A stretch of 64,000 nt of DNA from an uncultured Bacteroidia bacterium (GTDB lineage: Bacteria; Bacteroidota; Bacteroidia; Bacteroidales; UBA932): the NCBI GenBank assembly GCA_902785575.1, contig CACZZF010000013.1, positions 52,867 through 116,866 of the forward strand. The letters run 5' to 3'. Made by a program: the position numbers and the translations under genes. The notes beneath the pieces are model-generated. The model had not been told where the DNA came from. It did not search any database and saw only the letters and a program-made list of their open reading frames with translations. Positions 52,253 to 60,885 of the stretch are shown in pieces (within the stretch, counting starts at the first letter, position 1; each line of letters starts with the position of its first letter).

Positions 52253-53278
52253 ATGTTGTCATTTGAGAGCGATTACACCGAGGGAGCTCATGAGAGTATC
52301 ATCCGCCGCCTCGCCCAGACCAATCTGGAGCAGACCCCAGGATATGGTCTTGACCCATATTCCGAAAGCGCGAAAGAGAAGATCAAGCAGACCTTCGGTA
52401 TCCCTGACGCGGATGTGTTTTTCCTTGTGGGAGGCACTCAGACCAATTCTACTGTCATCGCTTCGATGCTCCGGGATTATGAGGGAGTTATCGCTGTCAG
52501 GACAGGCCATATCGGAGTGCATGAGAGTGGCGCTGTGGAGTACACCGGCCATAAGGTACTGACACTTCCTGATCACGACGGCAAGATGGATGCTGGAGAG
52601 CTTGAGGATTATCTGAAGGCTTTTTATGCTGACGGGACTTATGAGCACATGGTTATTCCGGGGATGGTCTATATCTCTTTCCCGACTGAGTTTGGAACGA
52701 TATATTCCAAGGCGGAGCTTGAGGCTATTCACGCTGTTTGCCAAAGCTACTCAATGCCGCTGTTCATCGATGGAGCCAGACTCGGATATGGCCTTATGAG
52801 CGAGGCTAATGATATTGATGTCAAGGAGTTGCCGAAGCTTTGCGACGTGTTTTACGCTGGCGGGACAAAGGTCGGCGCTCTTTTCGGGGAAGCGGTTGTT
52901 TTCCCTAAGGGGAACGCTCCGGCGCATTTCTTCACCACAATCAAGCAACATGGCGCCTTGATGGCCAAAGGCAGGATGCTGGGGCTCCAGTTTGACACCC
53001 TTTTTACTGACGGGCTTTATTTCAAAATCGCCCGTCATGCTGATGAGATGGCTTCGATGCTCAAGGGAATATTTCTGGAGAAGGGGTATGAGATTTTTAT
53101 TGATTCTCCTACCAATCAGCAGTTCTTTGTGATGACCCGTGACAGGGCAGCCGAACTCCATTCGAAGGTCCGGTTCGAGGACTGGTGTCCGGTTGACGAG
53201 AATAGGATTGCCGTGAGGTTCGTCACCAGCTGGGCTACTCCTCTTGAGAACGTTCTTGCCCTCAGGGAGATCTTATGA
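52253..53278 (+). CDS. PLP-dependent threonine aldolase / beta-eliminating lyase family protein
   Basis: FESDYTEGAHESI, LVGGTQTN and the PLP-lysine context FYAGGTKVGALFGE. ATG at 52253 is preferred over the ORF-track start at 52094. Confidence 0.65.
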   Translation: MLSFESDYTEGAHESIIRRLAQTNLEQTPGYGLDPYSESAKEKIKQTFGIPDADVFFLVGGTQTNSTVIASMLRDYEGVIAVRTGHIGVHESGAVEYTGHKVLTLPDHDGKMDAGELEDYLKAFYADGTYEHMVIPGMVYISFPTEFGTIYSKAELEAIHAVCQSYSMPLFIDGARLGYGLMSEANDIDVKELPKLCDVFYAGGTKVGALFGEAVVFPKGNAPAHFFTTIKQHGALMAKGRMLGLQFDTLFTDGLYFKIARHADEMASMLKGIFLEKGYEIFIDSPTNQQFFVMTRDRAAELHSKVRFEDWCPVDENRIAVRFVTSWATPLENVLALREIL

Positions 53279-54390
53279 ACAGGCATTTGACGGAAGAACG
53301 TTGGAAAGAGGCAGTCCGCCACATGGAGTCCCGTTTTGAGCGGGAGATCGCCGGGGCGGCAGATTGTTATCTTGACTTGGGAGGTGTCAAGACAGTTCGC
53401 TTGGTTGTCGGCGATCCTGAGGCTTGGAATATGATTCGTCGGGAACTCGGGTGGGTGATGACCTCTCCAGTCGCCTCTCCAGATGCCACAATCACCCTTC
53501 TAAAGTACGATTCTCCAAAGGATTTCTTCCATGATGCGATGGGTTTGCCATTCATTCATAGGGAAGATGCCAGGTTTGAAGTAGTTTGCTTCTGTCCTGG
53601 GAGTGGGAAAGGCGGCGTGCTTTTTCCTACCGCGCAATACAATAGGGATGACCAGACGGCCCATCTTCGTGATGAGAACTCATATTATTATGTCACAAAG
53701 AGTTATAAACCCGAAGATTGGATAAATGAAGGCCATGTTTTCGTCCAGATGCTCTTCCGTATCCTCAACTCTGAACCATCAACTTGTCTTGTTCATGGCG
53801 CTTGCGTCGGAATTGATGGGCATGGTATCCTGATGTGCGCCAGAGGGAATATGGGTAAGTCGACATTAGCTGTGACCTCCATGCTTAATGGAATGGAATA
53901 TGTTTCAGAAGACTATCTGATTCTTTCTCAGGATAACCCTGAAAGGGAGTTGAGGGCATCCCCGATTTATTCGATAATCACCTTGTCACCTAAGATGTAC
54001 AATTCCTTGTACGAAAAGATGGATAAAGCCCGTTTCGTCGGAATAAGTCATTTCAAAGGGAAGTATGTGTTTGACATGTCAGCCTATTCGGACAGGCTGC
54101 GCAGGGATTATCCGATCCGGGCATGTGTTTTTCCTGAGATTAATCCGTCGGCTGAGGAACCGGTTGTGGAACTTATCAATGGATCGGAGAAAAGCCGGGC
54201 CATTACCCACATCGCCCATTCGACCATTTTCCAGATGTGGAGCACAGGCCTGATAAGGGAGCAGCAGGATGCGAAAACCATCCTCAAAATAATAGGCATG
54301 GTCAGGGATATGCCTTTTTATAAAATAACCTTAACTACTGACCTGGAAGCCAACTCCAAAATTCTGATGGAGTTTGTGTCATCGTTATGA
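53275..54390 (+). CDS. Hypothetical protein with HPr-kinase-C-terminal-like (HprK-related) P-loop domain
   Basis: VHGACVGIDGHGILMCARGNMGKSTLAVTSMLNGMEYVSEDYLIL aligns by eye with HprK MHGVLVDIYG.GVLITGDSGVGKSE.A..L...GH.L.ADD. ATGA overlap with the upstream gene. The N-terminal roughly 170 aa are unassigned. Confidence 0.45.
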   Translation: MNRHLTEERWKEAVRHMESRFEREIAGAADCYLDLGGVKTVRLVVGDPEAWNMIRRELGWVMTSPVASPDATITLLKYDSPKDFFHDAMGLPFIHREDARFEVVCFCPGSGKGGVLFPTAQYNRDDQTAHLRDENSYYYVTKSYKPEDWINEGHVFVQMLFRILNSEPSTCLVHGACVGIDGHGILMCARGNMGKSTLAVTSMLNGMEYVSEDYLILSQDNPERELRASPIYSIITLSPKMYNSLYEKMDKARFVGISHFKGKYVFDMSAYSDRLRRDYPIRACVFPEINPSAEEPVVELINGSEKSRAITHIAHSTIFQMWSTGLIREQQDAKTILKIIGMVRDMPFYKITLTTDLEANSKILMEFVSSL

Positions 54391-54436
54391 CTTACTAATC
54401 AGTCGTCTTCTTATTGACTTGTTCCAAGTTTTTTGT

Positions 54437-54444
54437 TAAATTTG
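54437..54444 (+). promoter_or_regulatory. Candidate -7 box (TAnnTTTG) for the polysaccharide locus
   Basis: TAAATTTG lies 195 nt upstream of the wza-like ATG, implying a long leader. Confidence 0.3.
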
Positions 54445-54639
54445 TAAGTTATATTGGCGGTAGAATATACTGTCGCCATGGCTGTGGACAGGCTTTACTC
54501 TTGGATTGGAGGACGCCTGAAGTCGGGTCATGAAAAAGCCCGGCGTCTTACGGTGTAGCCTGGTGGTCACGCATATTATTGATCACAAGGTAGTTAGATT
54601 GTATATTATTGTTAAGTAAAATATAAATTCAACCATGTT

Positions 54640-55503
54640 ATGGAAAAGATAACTAATCTTTCAAGGCTAATGCTGTCACTCGTTGTGACAGTCCTCGCCA
54701 TCGGTTGCAGCACTGTCCCTAAGATCGCTTATCTGAGGGATCTGCCTGCGGAGACCCCAGTCCGATTGCAAGAGACAAGAGATCTGACTTTGAAACCTGG
54801 AGACAGGCTTCAGGTATTTGTTTTCAGTCATGACAGGGAATTAGCCAGCGATTTCAATCTTTGGGAAGGAGGTAGTACTTACGGATCAAACTCTTATGGT
54901 GGCGGCAGCAACTATTCCGGCCGAGGAGGCAATCATCCGTATACCGTAGATGAAAACGGAGAGATAGAGATGCCTGTGTTGGGACGTATCAAAGTAGGTG
55001 GAAAAACTCGTCTTGAGGTGGCCGATCTGATCAAATACAGGCTGCTTTCCGGAGAAATGCTTGCTGACCCTACCGTCCTGGTGGAGTATTATGATCTTTC
55101 TTTTTACGCTCTTGGAGAGATTGGTCACTCTGGAAGGATCACCATTCCCAGGGACAATGTCACAATTATGGAGGCTATTTCTCTTGCCGGTGACTTGACG
55201 ATCAGCGGACGTAGGGACAACGTGATGGTGCTGCGGACCGAGAATGGGACGCAGACGCCGTATTATGTCGATCTCACCAATCCCCAGAGCGTTTATAGCT
55301 CCCCGGTTTATTACCTTCAGCAGAATGATATGATATATGTGGAACCGACAGCTTTGAGGGCTAATCAATCTACCTTGATGGCCAATCAGACAAGGAACCC
55401 CACTTTCTGGATGTCCACAATCACAAGCGTGATCACATTCTACCTGTTCATCAGGACATTCATAACCAACGAAGCATCTAGAACAGAAAAACTGATCCCA
55501 TAA
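54640..55503 (+). CDS. wza: Outer-membrane polysaccharide export protein (Wza/OPX; Poly_export + SLBB)
   Basis: Lipobox AIGCS. LKPGDRLQVFV, YTVDENGEIEMPVLGRIKVGGKT and ITIMEAISLAGDLT motifs. Confidence 0.85.
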   Translation: MEKITNLSRLMLSLVVTVLAIGCSTVPKIAYLRDLPAETPVRLQETRDLTLKPGDRLQVFVFSHDRELASDFNLWEGGSTYGSNSYGGGSNYSGRGGNHPYTVDENGEIEMPVLGRIKVGGKTRLEVADLIKYRLLSGEMLADPTVLVEYYDLSFYALGEIGHSGRITIPRDNVTIMEAISLAGDLTISGRRDNVMVLRTENGTQTPYYVDLTNPQSVYSSPVYYLQQNDMIYVEPTALRANQSTLMANQTRNPTFWMSTITSVITFYLFIRTFITNEASRTEKLIP

Positions 55504-57935
55504 TGGAAAGAACACAAAATACGAATCCTACCTCTACTAGGCAATCCTCATCTGTGAATGGGACGATTTCCGTGAAGAAAATCCTCGGATTGATTCTTCA
55601 TAATTGGTATTGGTTTGTTTTATCTCTTGCCGTGGCCTTCGGTTGCGCTTATCTTAAGATCCAGAAGACACCACCGGTGTATTCACGTACCGCGTCTATC
55701 CTGATCAAGACAGACGCCAATAGTGGTGACAGGACTCTTAGGGATCTGGGTATCACTCAGACTCCATCCAACCTGGATAATGAGATTCTTATGATGAGGA
55801 CGAGTGTCGTGGCGACAGAGGTTGTCAGGAGGCTCAATCTTGATGTGGATTATCTGTTGCCAGGACCATTTTACAAGAAAACCATCTATGGAGTGGAGCT
55901 TCCGTTCAATGTCAAGTTCCTGGATCTCAATGACAGCGAGTCTGCAGGTCTCCATGTGGATCTGGCGAAAGACAGTACTGTTGTCCTGAGCGCGATGCGC
56001 CGAGGGGGAGCCTCTTCTGAGGGCGCTATCAAGATGCATCTGGGAGACACTGTCCAGTCGCCTGCAGGGCTCGTCACAGTGTTTCCTTCGAGGTATTACA
56101 AGTCTGGAGCGGAGAGTAGTCTTGATGTTGAGAGATTGACTTTAGGTTCTGCTATTTGGAGAGTTAGAGGGGGTATTAATGCCCGTCTGCGCAGTGAAGC
56201 GGCGACTATAATCGATATCAGCTATAATGATGTTTCTCCACAAAGGGCGGAGGATATTCTGAGTACTCTTGTCGCGGTCTATAATGAGAATTGGATGATG
56301 GATCGTAACAGGAGGATCGTCAGTGCCAACGAGTTTATCAAAGATCGTCTCGGGGTCATCGAACATGAACTTAGCGATGTGGACCAAGGAATCGCCAGCT
56401 ATAAGTCCGAGCATCTTATCCTTGATGTTAATCAGGCGGGAGGTATGGCTCTTTCGGAAGCCACTGAGGCTGAACGACAGGCTGTCTCGTTGGAGAACAC
56501 CATGCGTCTTCTGCGTTCAATAAGGGATTTTGTGATGGATGAGAGCAACATGTTCTCCCAGATCCCTTACACATCGGGAATGAATAGCGGTATTGTTGAG
56601 AGAGGTATTAGCACATACAATGCCACCTTGATGGAGAGGAATAATCACCTTGCTCATTCTTCCCTTCAGAATCCTCGTATTATGGAGTATGACAGGCAGA
56701 TCCGTTCCATGCGCGAGACTTTGCTCATATCGATGAATAGCGAGTTGGCTGTTATGCAGAACACGCTTGCCGGCCTACGAGCCACCAAGACTCAGGCTTA
56801 TGGCAAGGTGGCGGCTAATCCTTCTCAAGCGAAGCATCTTCTCTCTGTGGAGAGACTGCAGAGAGTCAAGGAGCAACTTTACATGTTCCTGCTTCAGAAG
56901 AGGGAGGAAAATGAGCTCTCCCAAGCGTTCACAGCTTACAATACACAACTTATTGAGCCACCTCACGGGGGCGGAGGACCGATTTCGCCTGTTCCGAGTA
57001 GCATCTATTTAATGGCGCTGCTGATAGGCTTGGCTATTCCTGCCGTGATATTGCTTCTCAGGGAAGTTTTGAAATCCACTGTTCAAGGACGTGAGGATTT
57101 GAAGGTTTTGACAGCTCCTTTCGCTGGCGAAATTCCTTTAGTTCACTTTAAAGGCAAGAAGAAAAAGAAGAGCAAGGATAAAAAGACCAATGTTCCAGAA
57201 GTTCTTGTGGCAGACAAGAATAGGGACATGATGAACGAGGCGTTCCGCGTCGCCAGGTCCAACCTTGAGTTTATGCTTGGGTATGATTCGACCCATAAGA
57301 TCGTGATGCTCACATCGCTTAATCCAGGTTCAGGAAAAACCTTCATCTCCGCGAACCTCGCTACGGCAGTTGGACTCAAGGGAAAGAAAGTGCTGGCGAT
57401 TGACCTGGACCTCCGTAAGGCCTCTCTTTCAGAATATGTCGAATCTCCTCATAAGGGTATTTCGTCATATTTGAGCGGGAAGGAGGAGGATTATCACACT
57501 CTTATCGTCAAACTTGGAAATATAGATGTCCTTCCTTGCGGCAAACTTCCTCCGAACCCTAGTGAGTTGCTTTATACCACTCATTTCGAGCAGCTTATGA
57601 ATTCTGTCCGTGAGGAATACGATTATGTGTTCGTCGATTGTCCTCCGGTGGAGATCGTGGCTGACGCCTCTATAGTCAATCGTTTCGTGGACCAGACTCT
57701 CTTTGTTATCAGGGCTAAATTGATGGAACGCGCGTTCCTCTCTGAAATTGAGCAGTGGTATCAGGAGAAACGTTATAAGAACCTTTCCGTTATCCTTAAC
57801 GGAACGACCGCTGAGGCCGGTTACAGCCGCTATGGTTACCATAAATACGGATACCACCGTTATGGCTATGGCTACGGCTATGGGAAAGCCGTTTATGGAA
57901 AGACCGCTTACGGTAACGATGTGAATGAGAAGTAA
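55503..57935 (+). CDS. wzc: Polysaccharide co-polymerase / tyrosine autokinase (Wzc, PCP-2a type)
   Basis: Wzz-like N-terminus and coiled-coil periplasmic region. Walker A SLNPGSGKTFISANLA. C-terminal Tyr cluster YSRYGYHKYGYHRYGYGYGYGKAVYGKTAYG. Confidence 0.85.
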   Translation: MERTQNTNPTSTRQSSSVNGTISVKKILGLILHNWYWFVLSLAVAFGCAYLKIQKTPPVYSRTASILIKTDANSGDRTLRDLGITQTPSNLDNEILMMRTSVVATEVVRRLNLDVDYLLPGPFYKKTIYGVELPFNVKFLDLNDSESAGLHVDLAKDSTVVLSAMRRGGASSEGAIKMHLGDTVQSPAGLVTVFPSRYYKSGAESSLDVERLTLGSAIWRVRGGINARLRSEAATIIDISYNDVSPQRAEDILSTLVAVYNENWMMDRNRRIVSANEFIKDRLGVIEHELSDVDQGIASYKSEHLILDVNQAGGMALSEATEAERQAVSLENTMRLLRSIRDFVMDESNMFSQIPYTSGMNSGIVERGISTYNATLMERNNHLAHSSLQNPRIMEYDRQIRSMRETLLISMNSELAVMQNTLAGLRATKTQAYGKVAANPSQAKHLLSVERLQRVKEQLYMFLLQKREENELSQAFTAYNTQLIEPPHGGGGPISPVPSSIYLMALLIGLAIPAVILLLREVLKSTVQGREDLKVLTAPFAGEIPLVHFKGKKKKKSKDKKTNVPEVLVADKNRDMMNEAFRVARSNLEFMLGYDSTHKIVMLTSLNPGSGKTFISANLATAVGLKGKKVLAIDLDLRKASLSEYVESPHKGISSYLSGKEEDYHTLIVKLGNIDVLPCGKLPPNPSELLYTTHFEQLMNSVREEYDYVFVDCPPVEIVADASIVNRFVDQTLFVIRAKLMERAFLSEIEQWYQEKRYKNLSVILNGTTAEAGYSRYGYHKYGYHRYGYGYGYGKAVYGKTAYGNDVNEK

Positions 57936-57938
57936 ACG

Positions 57939-58781
57939 ATGGCCAAAGATTGGACCCTTGTCATAAAACCCGAGAAACGTCTTCTGGATGTTGATTTGAA
58001 GGGGATATGGCGATACCGTGACTTGTGGTACATGTACGTCAAGCGCGACATCGTCACTGTCTATAAGCAGACTATCCTCGGTCCTCTGTGGTTTTTTATC
58101 CAGCCTATATTCACGACGGTGATGTACATGTTCGTGTTTGGTGGTCTGGCTGGCATTTCCACAGACGGAGTTCCGCAACCTCTGTTTTACCTTTCCGGTA
58201 TCATGTTGTGGAATTACTTCAGCGAATGCTTCTCCGGGGCGTCAAACACGTTTACCGCTAACGCGGGTATATTCGGGAAGGTCTATTTTCCCAGGCTTGT
58301 GGTCCCGTTGGCGTCTTTGACGTCGAACCTTATCAAGATGTTCATCCAGTTGCTTCTGTTTATCGCTGTGTATATTTACTACTTGGCGGTAGGTGGGACA
58401 GTCTCGATCAATGCCGCGGCGCTTTTGTTCCCGGTTCTGGTATTCATGTTGGCCTTTCACGCCCTTTCATGGGGTTTGATTGTCTCTTCTTTGACTTCCA
58501 AGTACCGCGACCTTCGCTATCTTGTCGGGTTCGGACTTCAGCTTTTCATGTATGCCACCCCTATCATCTACCCCTTGAGCGCGGCAGGTGACAAGTTCCG
58601 TTGGGCTTTGGAGCTCAATCCGTTAACTCCTATTTTTGAAGCTTTCAAATATGGATTCCTCGGTGCGGGTTCCTTATCGTGGAGCGGGCTATTATATAGC
58701 GCCATCTTTATGGTTGTGATGATGTTTATTTCCGTGATCATTTTCAACCGCGTTGAGCGCAACTTCATGGACACGGTATGA
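57939..58781 (+). CDS. wzm: ABC-2 type polysaccharide/O-antigen exporter permease (Wzm/TagG/KpsM-like)
   Basis: 280 aa with 6 TM segments. WRYRDLWYMYVKRDIVTVYKQTILGPLWFFIQP signature. Confidence 0.85.
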   Translation: MAKDWTLVIKPEKRLLDVDLKGIWRYRDLWYMYVKRDIVTVYKQTILGPLWFFIQPIFTTVMYMFVFGGLAGISTDGVPQPLFYLSGIMLWNYFSECFSGASNTFTANAGIFGKVYFPRLVVPLASLTSNLIKMFIQLLLFIAVYIYYLAVGGTVSINAAALLFPVLVFMLAFHALSWGLIVSSLTSKYRDLRYLVGFGLQLFMYATPIIYPLSAAGDKFRWALELNPLTPIFEAFKYGFLGAGSLSWSGLLYSAIFMVVMMFISVIIFNRVERNFMDTV

Positions 58782-60079
58782 GTGACATTTCGATACAGTT
58801 CGATCATATCGGGAAGCTCTATAGGCTCGGGCTTGTGGGTACGGGTACATTGTCTCACGACCTGAACCGATGGTGGCAGACTAAGGTTTTACATCACGAG
58901 GATCCTTACTTAAGGGTGGGCGAAGTCAATGACCGGGCCCATAAAGGCAGCTCTGACTATGTCTGGGCATTGAAAGATATCACTTTTGATGTCAAGGAAG
59001 GGGATGTTGTCGGGATCATCGGGAAGAATGGCGCGGGGAAGTCCACTTTGCTTAAACTGTTGTCAAGGGTGACTTCACCTACTACCGGGATTATTCGGGC
59101 AAAAGGCAGGATAGCATCCTTGCTGGAAGTTGGCACCGGCTTTCATGGAGAGATGACCGGAAGGGAGAATATCTACATGAACGGTTCGATTCTCGGTATG
59201 ACCCGCTCTGAGATTAACCGCAAGTTGGATGATATAATTGATTTTGCGGGGATTGAGCGATATATCGACACTCCGGTCAAACGCTACTCCAGTGGTATGA
59301 CCGTCCGTCTGGGTTTCGCTGTCGCCGCGTTTCTTGATCCGGAAATACTTGTGGTTGACGAGGTTCTGGCCGTCGGTGACGCTGAGTTCCAAAGGAAGGC
59401 GATCGGCAAGATGCAGGATGTTTCCAGGGGAGAGGGGCGTACGGTCTTGTTCGTTAGCCATAATATGTCCGCCATACGCAGTTTGTGTCACAGGGGAGTT
59501 GTCTTAGATAACGGAATGGTGTCATTTGATGGTGAGACGGAAGATGCTGTACAGTTTTATCTTAAAGACGCGCCAGTCAATGATGAGGCTAAGTCGATAA
59601 AAGAATGTATCTCCAATAAAAAATCCTATCTGGAGATATATGATATTCAGATAAATGGATCTTCCTCTGTAAATACATCTCTAAAGCCAGGGCAAAAGGA
59701 GTTGGACTTGATGATACACGGCGTGACCCAAGATCCACTTAAGTGTGAAATCAAGATGATTATCAAGAAGATGGATGGCACACCTATGGCTTCGTTGATC
59801 GAGGGACGCAATAAAGGTTATCATTTCGATGTTCATTCGGGTGAGTTCATCTTCAGGAAACGGATCAGTCTTCCAAGATACCTTGCCAATGGTGACTATC
59901 TGGTGGATTTGTATTTTGTCCAGCCGATGATACAAGACTATTTCTTCGCTCCGAGTTGTTTGACCTTGCATGTGGAGGGTTTCTATGACCAATTCGGAGA
60001 TCCTTTAAATCTCTCTAATGAAGGTTTTATAGGCTTGGAATCCGTGGAAGGCTTCCCTGGCTCTGTCGAGTATCTATGA
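58778..60079 (+). CDS. wzt: ABC exporter ATP-binding protein with extra C-terminal domain (Wzt/TagH-like)
   Basis: Walker A GKNGAGKSTLLK, signature YSSGMTVRLGFA, Walker B ILVVDEVLAVGD. An additional C-terminal domain of about 180 aa is present. Confidence 0.85.
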   Translation: MSDISIQFDHIGKLYRLGLVGTGTLSHDLNRWWQTKVLHHEDPYLRVGEVNDRAHKGSSDYVWALKDITFDVKEGDVVGIIGKNGAGKSTLLKLLSRVTSPTTGIIRAKGRIASLLEVGTGFHGEMTGRENIYMNGSILGMTRSEINRKLDDIIDFAGIERYIDTPVKRYSSGMTVRLGFAVAAFLDPEILVVDEVLAVGDAEFQRKAIGKMQDVSRGEGRTVLFVSHNMSAIRSLCHRGVVLDNGMVSFDGETEDAVQFYLKDAPVNDEAKSIKECISNKKSYLEIYDIQINGSSSVNTSLKPGQKELDLMIHGVTQDPLKCEIKMIIKKMDGTPMASLIEGRNKGYHFDVHSGEFIFRKRISLPRYLANGDYLVDLYFVQPMIQDYFFAPSCLTLHVEGFYDQFGDPLNLSNEGFIGLESVEGFPGSVEYL

Positions 60080-60867
60080 GACTGTCTATCATCACTGTAA
60101 ACTACAATAACCGGGAGGGCCTGGTCCGTACCGCGAGGAGCGTTGTGGAACAGACGTTCTCCGACTTTGAGTGGATTGTGGTAGATGGCGGTTCCACAGA
60201 CGGAAGTGTGGGTGTGATCCAAGAGTATGCTGATCGTATCGCATGGAGCGTGAGCGAGCCGGATGGAGGTATTTACGAGGCGATGAACAAAGGCCTTGAC
60301 AGGGCCTCGGGGGAATATGTCCAATTCTTGAATTCCGGGGATTCCTTCATTGACCAAACCGTTCTGGAGAGGGTATTTGACGATCAAGATCTTTCTGATG
60401 TGAATTATGGTGACCAGTGGTGTTTGTCCGGGGGAAAAGTCGTTGAGAAAAGGAGCTATCCTGACGCGGTGGATTTGGCTTATCTCTTTCGGAATCCTCT
60501 TGGGCACCAGGCTTCTTTTATAAAAACGTCTGTCGCGAAGGCACATCCATATAAGGTGAAATATACCATATCCGCTGATAGGGCTTTCTTCCTGGAATTA
60601 TATCTTTCCGGATCGGGTTTCCACCATATTAATCTTCCCGTGGTTTATTTTGACACTGAAGGGATCGGGTCGAGGGAAAGCACAAAAGAGCTTCGAAGAG
60701 AGCAACTTTATCAGATTAAAAGGGAGTTGCTGCCACCACGGGTTGTTGACGATATTGAGTATTTGATGGTCAAGTCAGCGGAATTCGATTTTGTGAAGCG
60801 AATCCCGCCTCTGCGCTGGGTATATTCTTTCTTTAAGTGGTTGAAGAGGGTTAAATCAAAGATATAG
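60076..60867 (+). CDS. Glycosyltransferase family 2
   Basis: LSIITVNYNNREGL...EWIVVDGGSTDGS and NSGD motifs. Confidence 0.8.
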   Translation: MRLSIITVNYNNREGLVRTARSVVEQTFSDFEWIVVDGGSTDGSVGVIQEYADRIAWSVSEPDGGIYEAMNKGLDRASGEYVQFLNSGDSFIDQTVLERVFDDQDLSDVNYGDQWCLSGGKVVEKRSYPDAVDLAYLFRNPLGHQASFIKTSVAKAHPYKVKYTISADRAFFLELYLSGSGFHHINLPVVYFDTEGIGSRESTKELRREQLYQIKRELLPPRVVDDIEYLMVKSAEFDFVKRIPPLRWVYSFFKWLKRVKSKI

Positions 60868-60885
60868 GCTTTTTCTTTCTTCCCT

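Noticed and set aside
54391-54639. Possible invertible (phase-variable) promoter upstream of the capsule-like locus
   Set aside because: I found no pair of flanking inverted repeats of 15 bp or more bracketing the candidate promoter. No site-specific recombinase gene is nearby.
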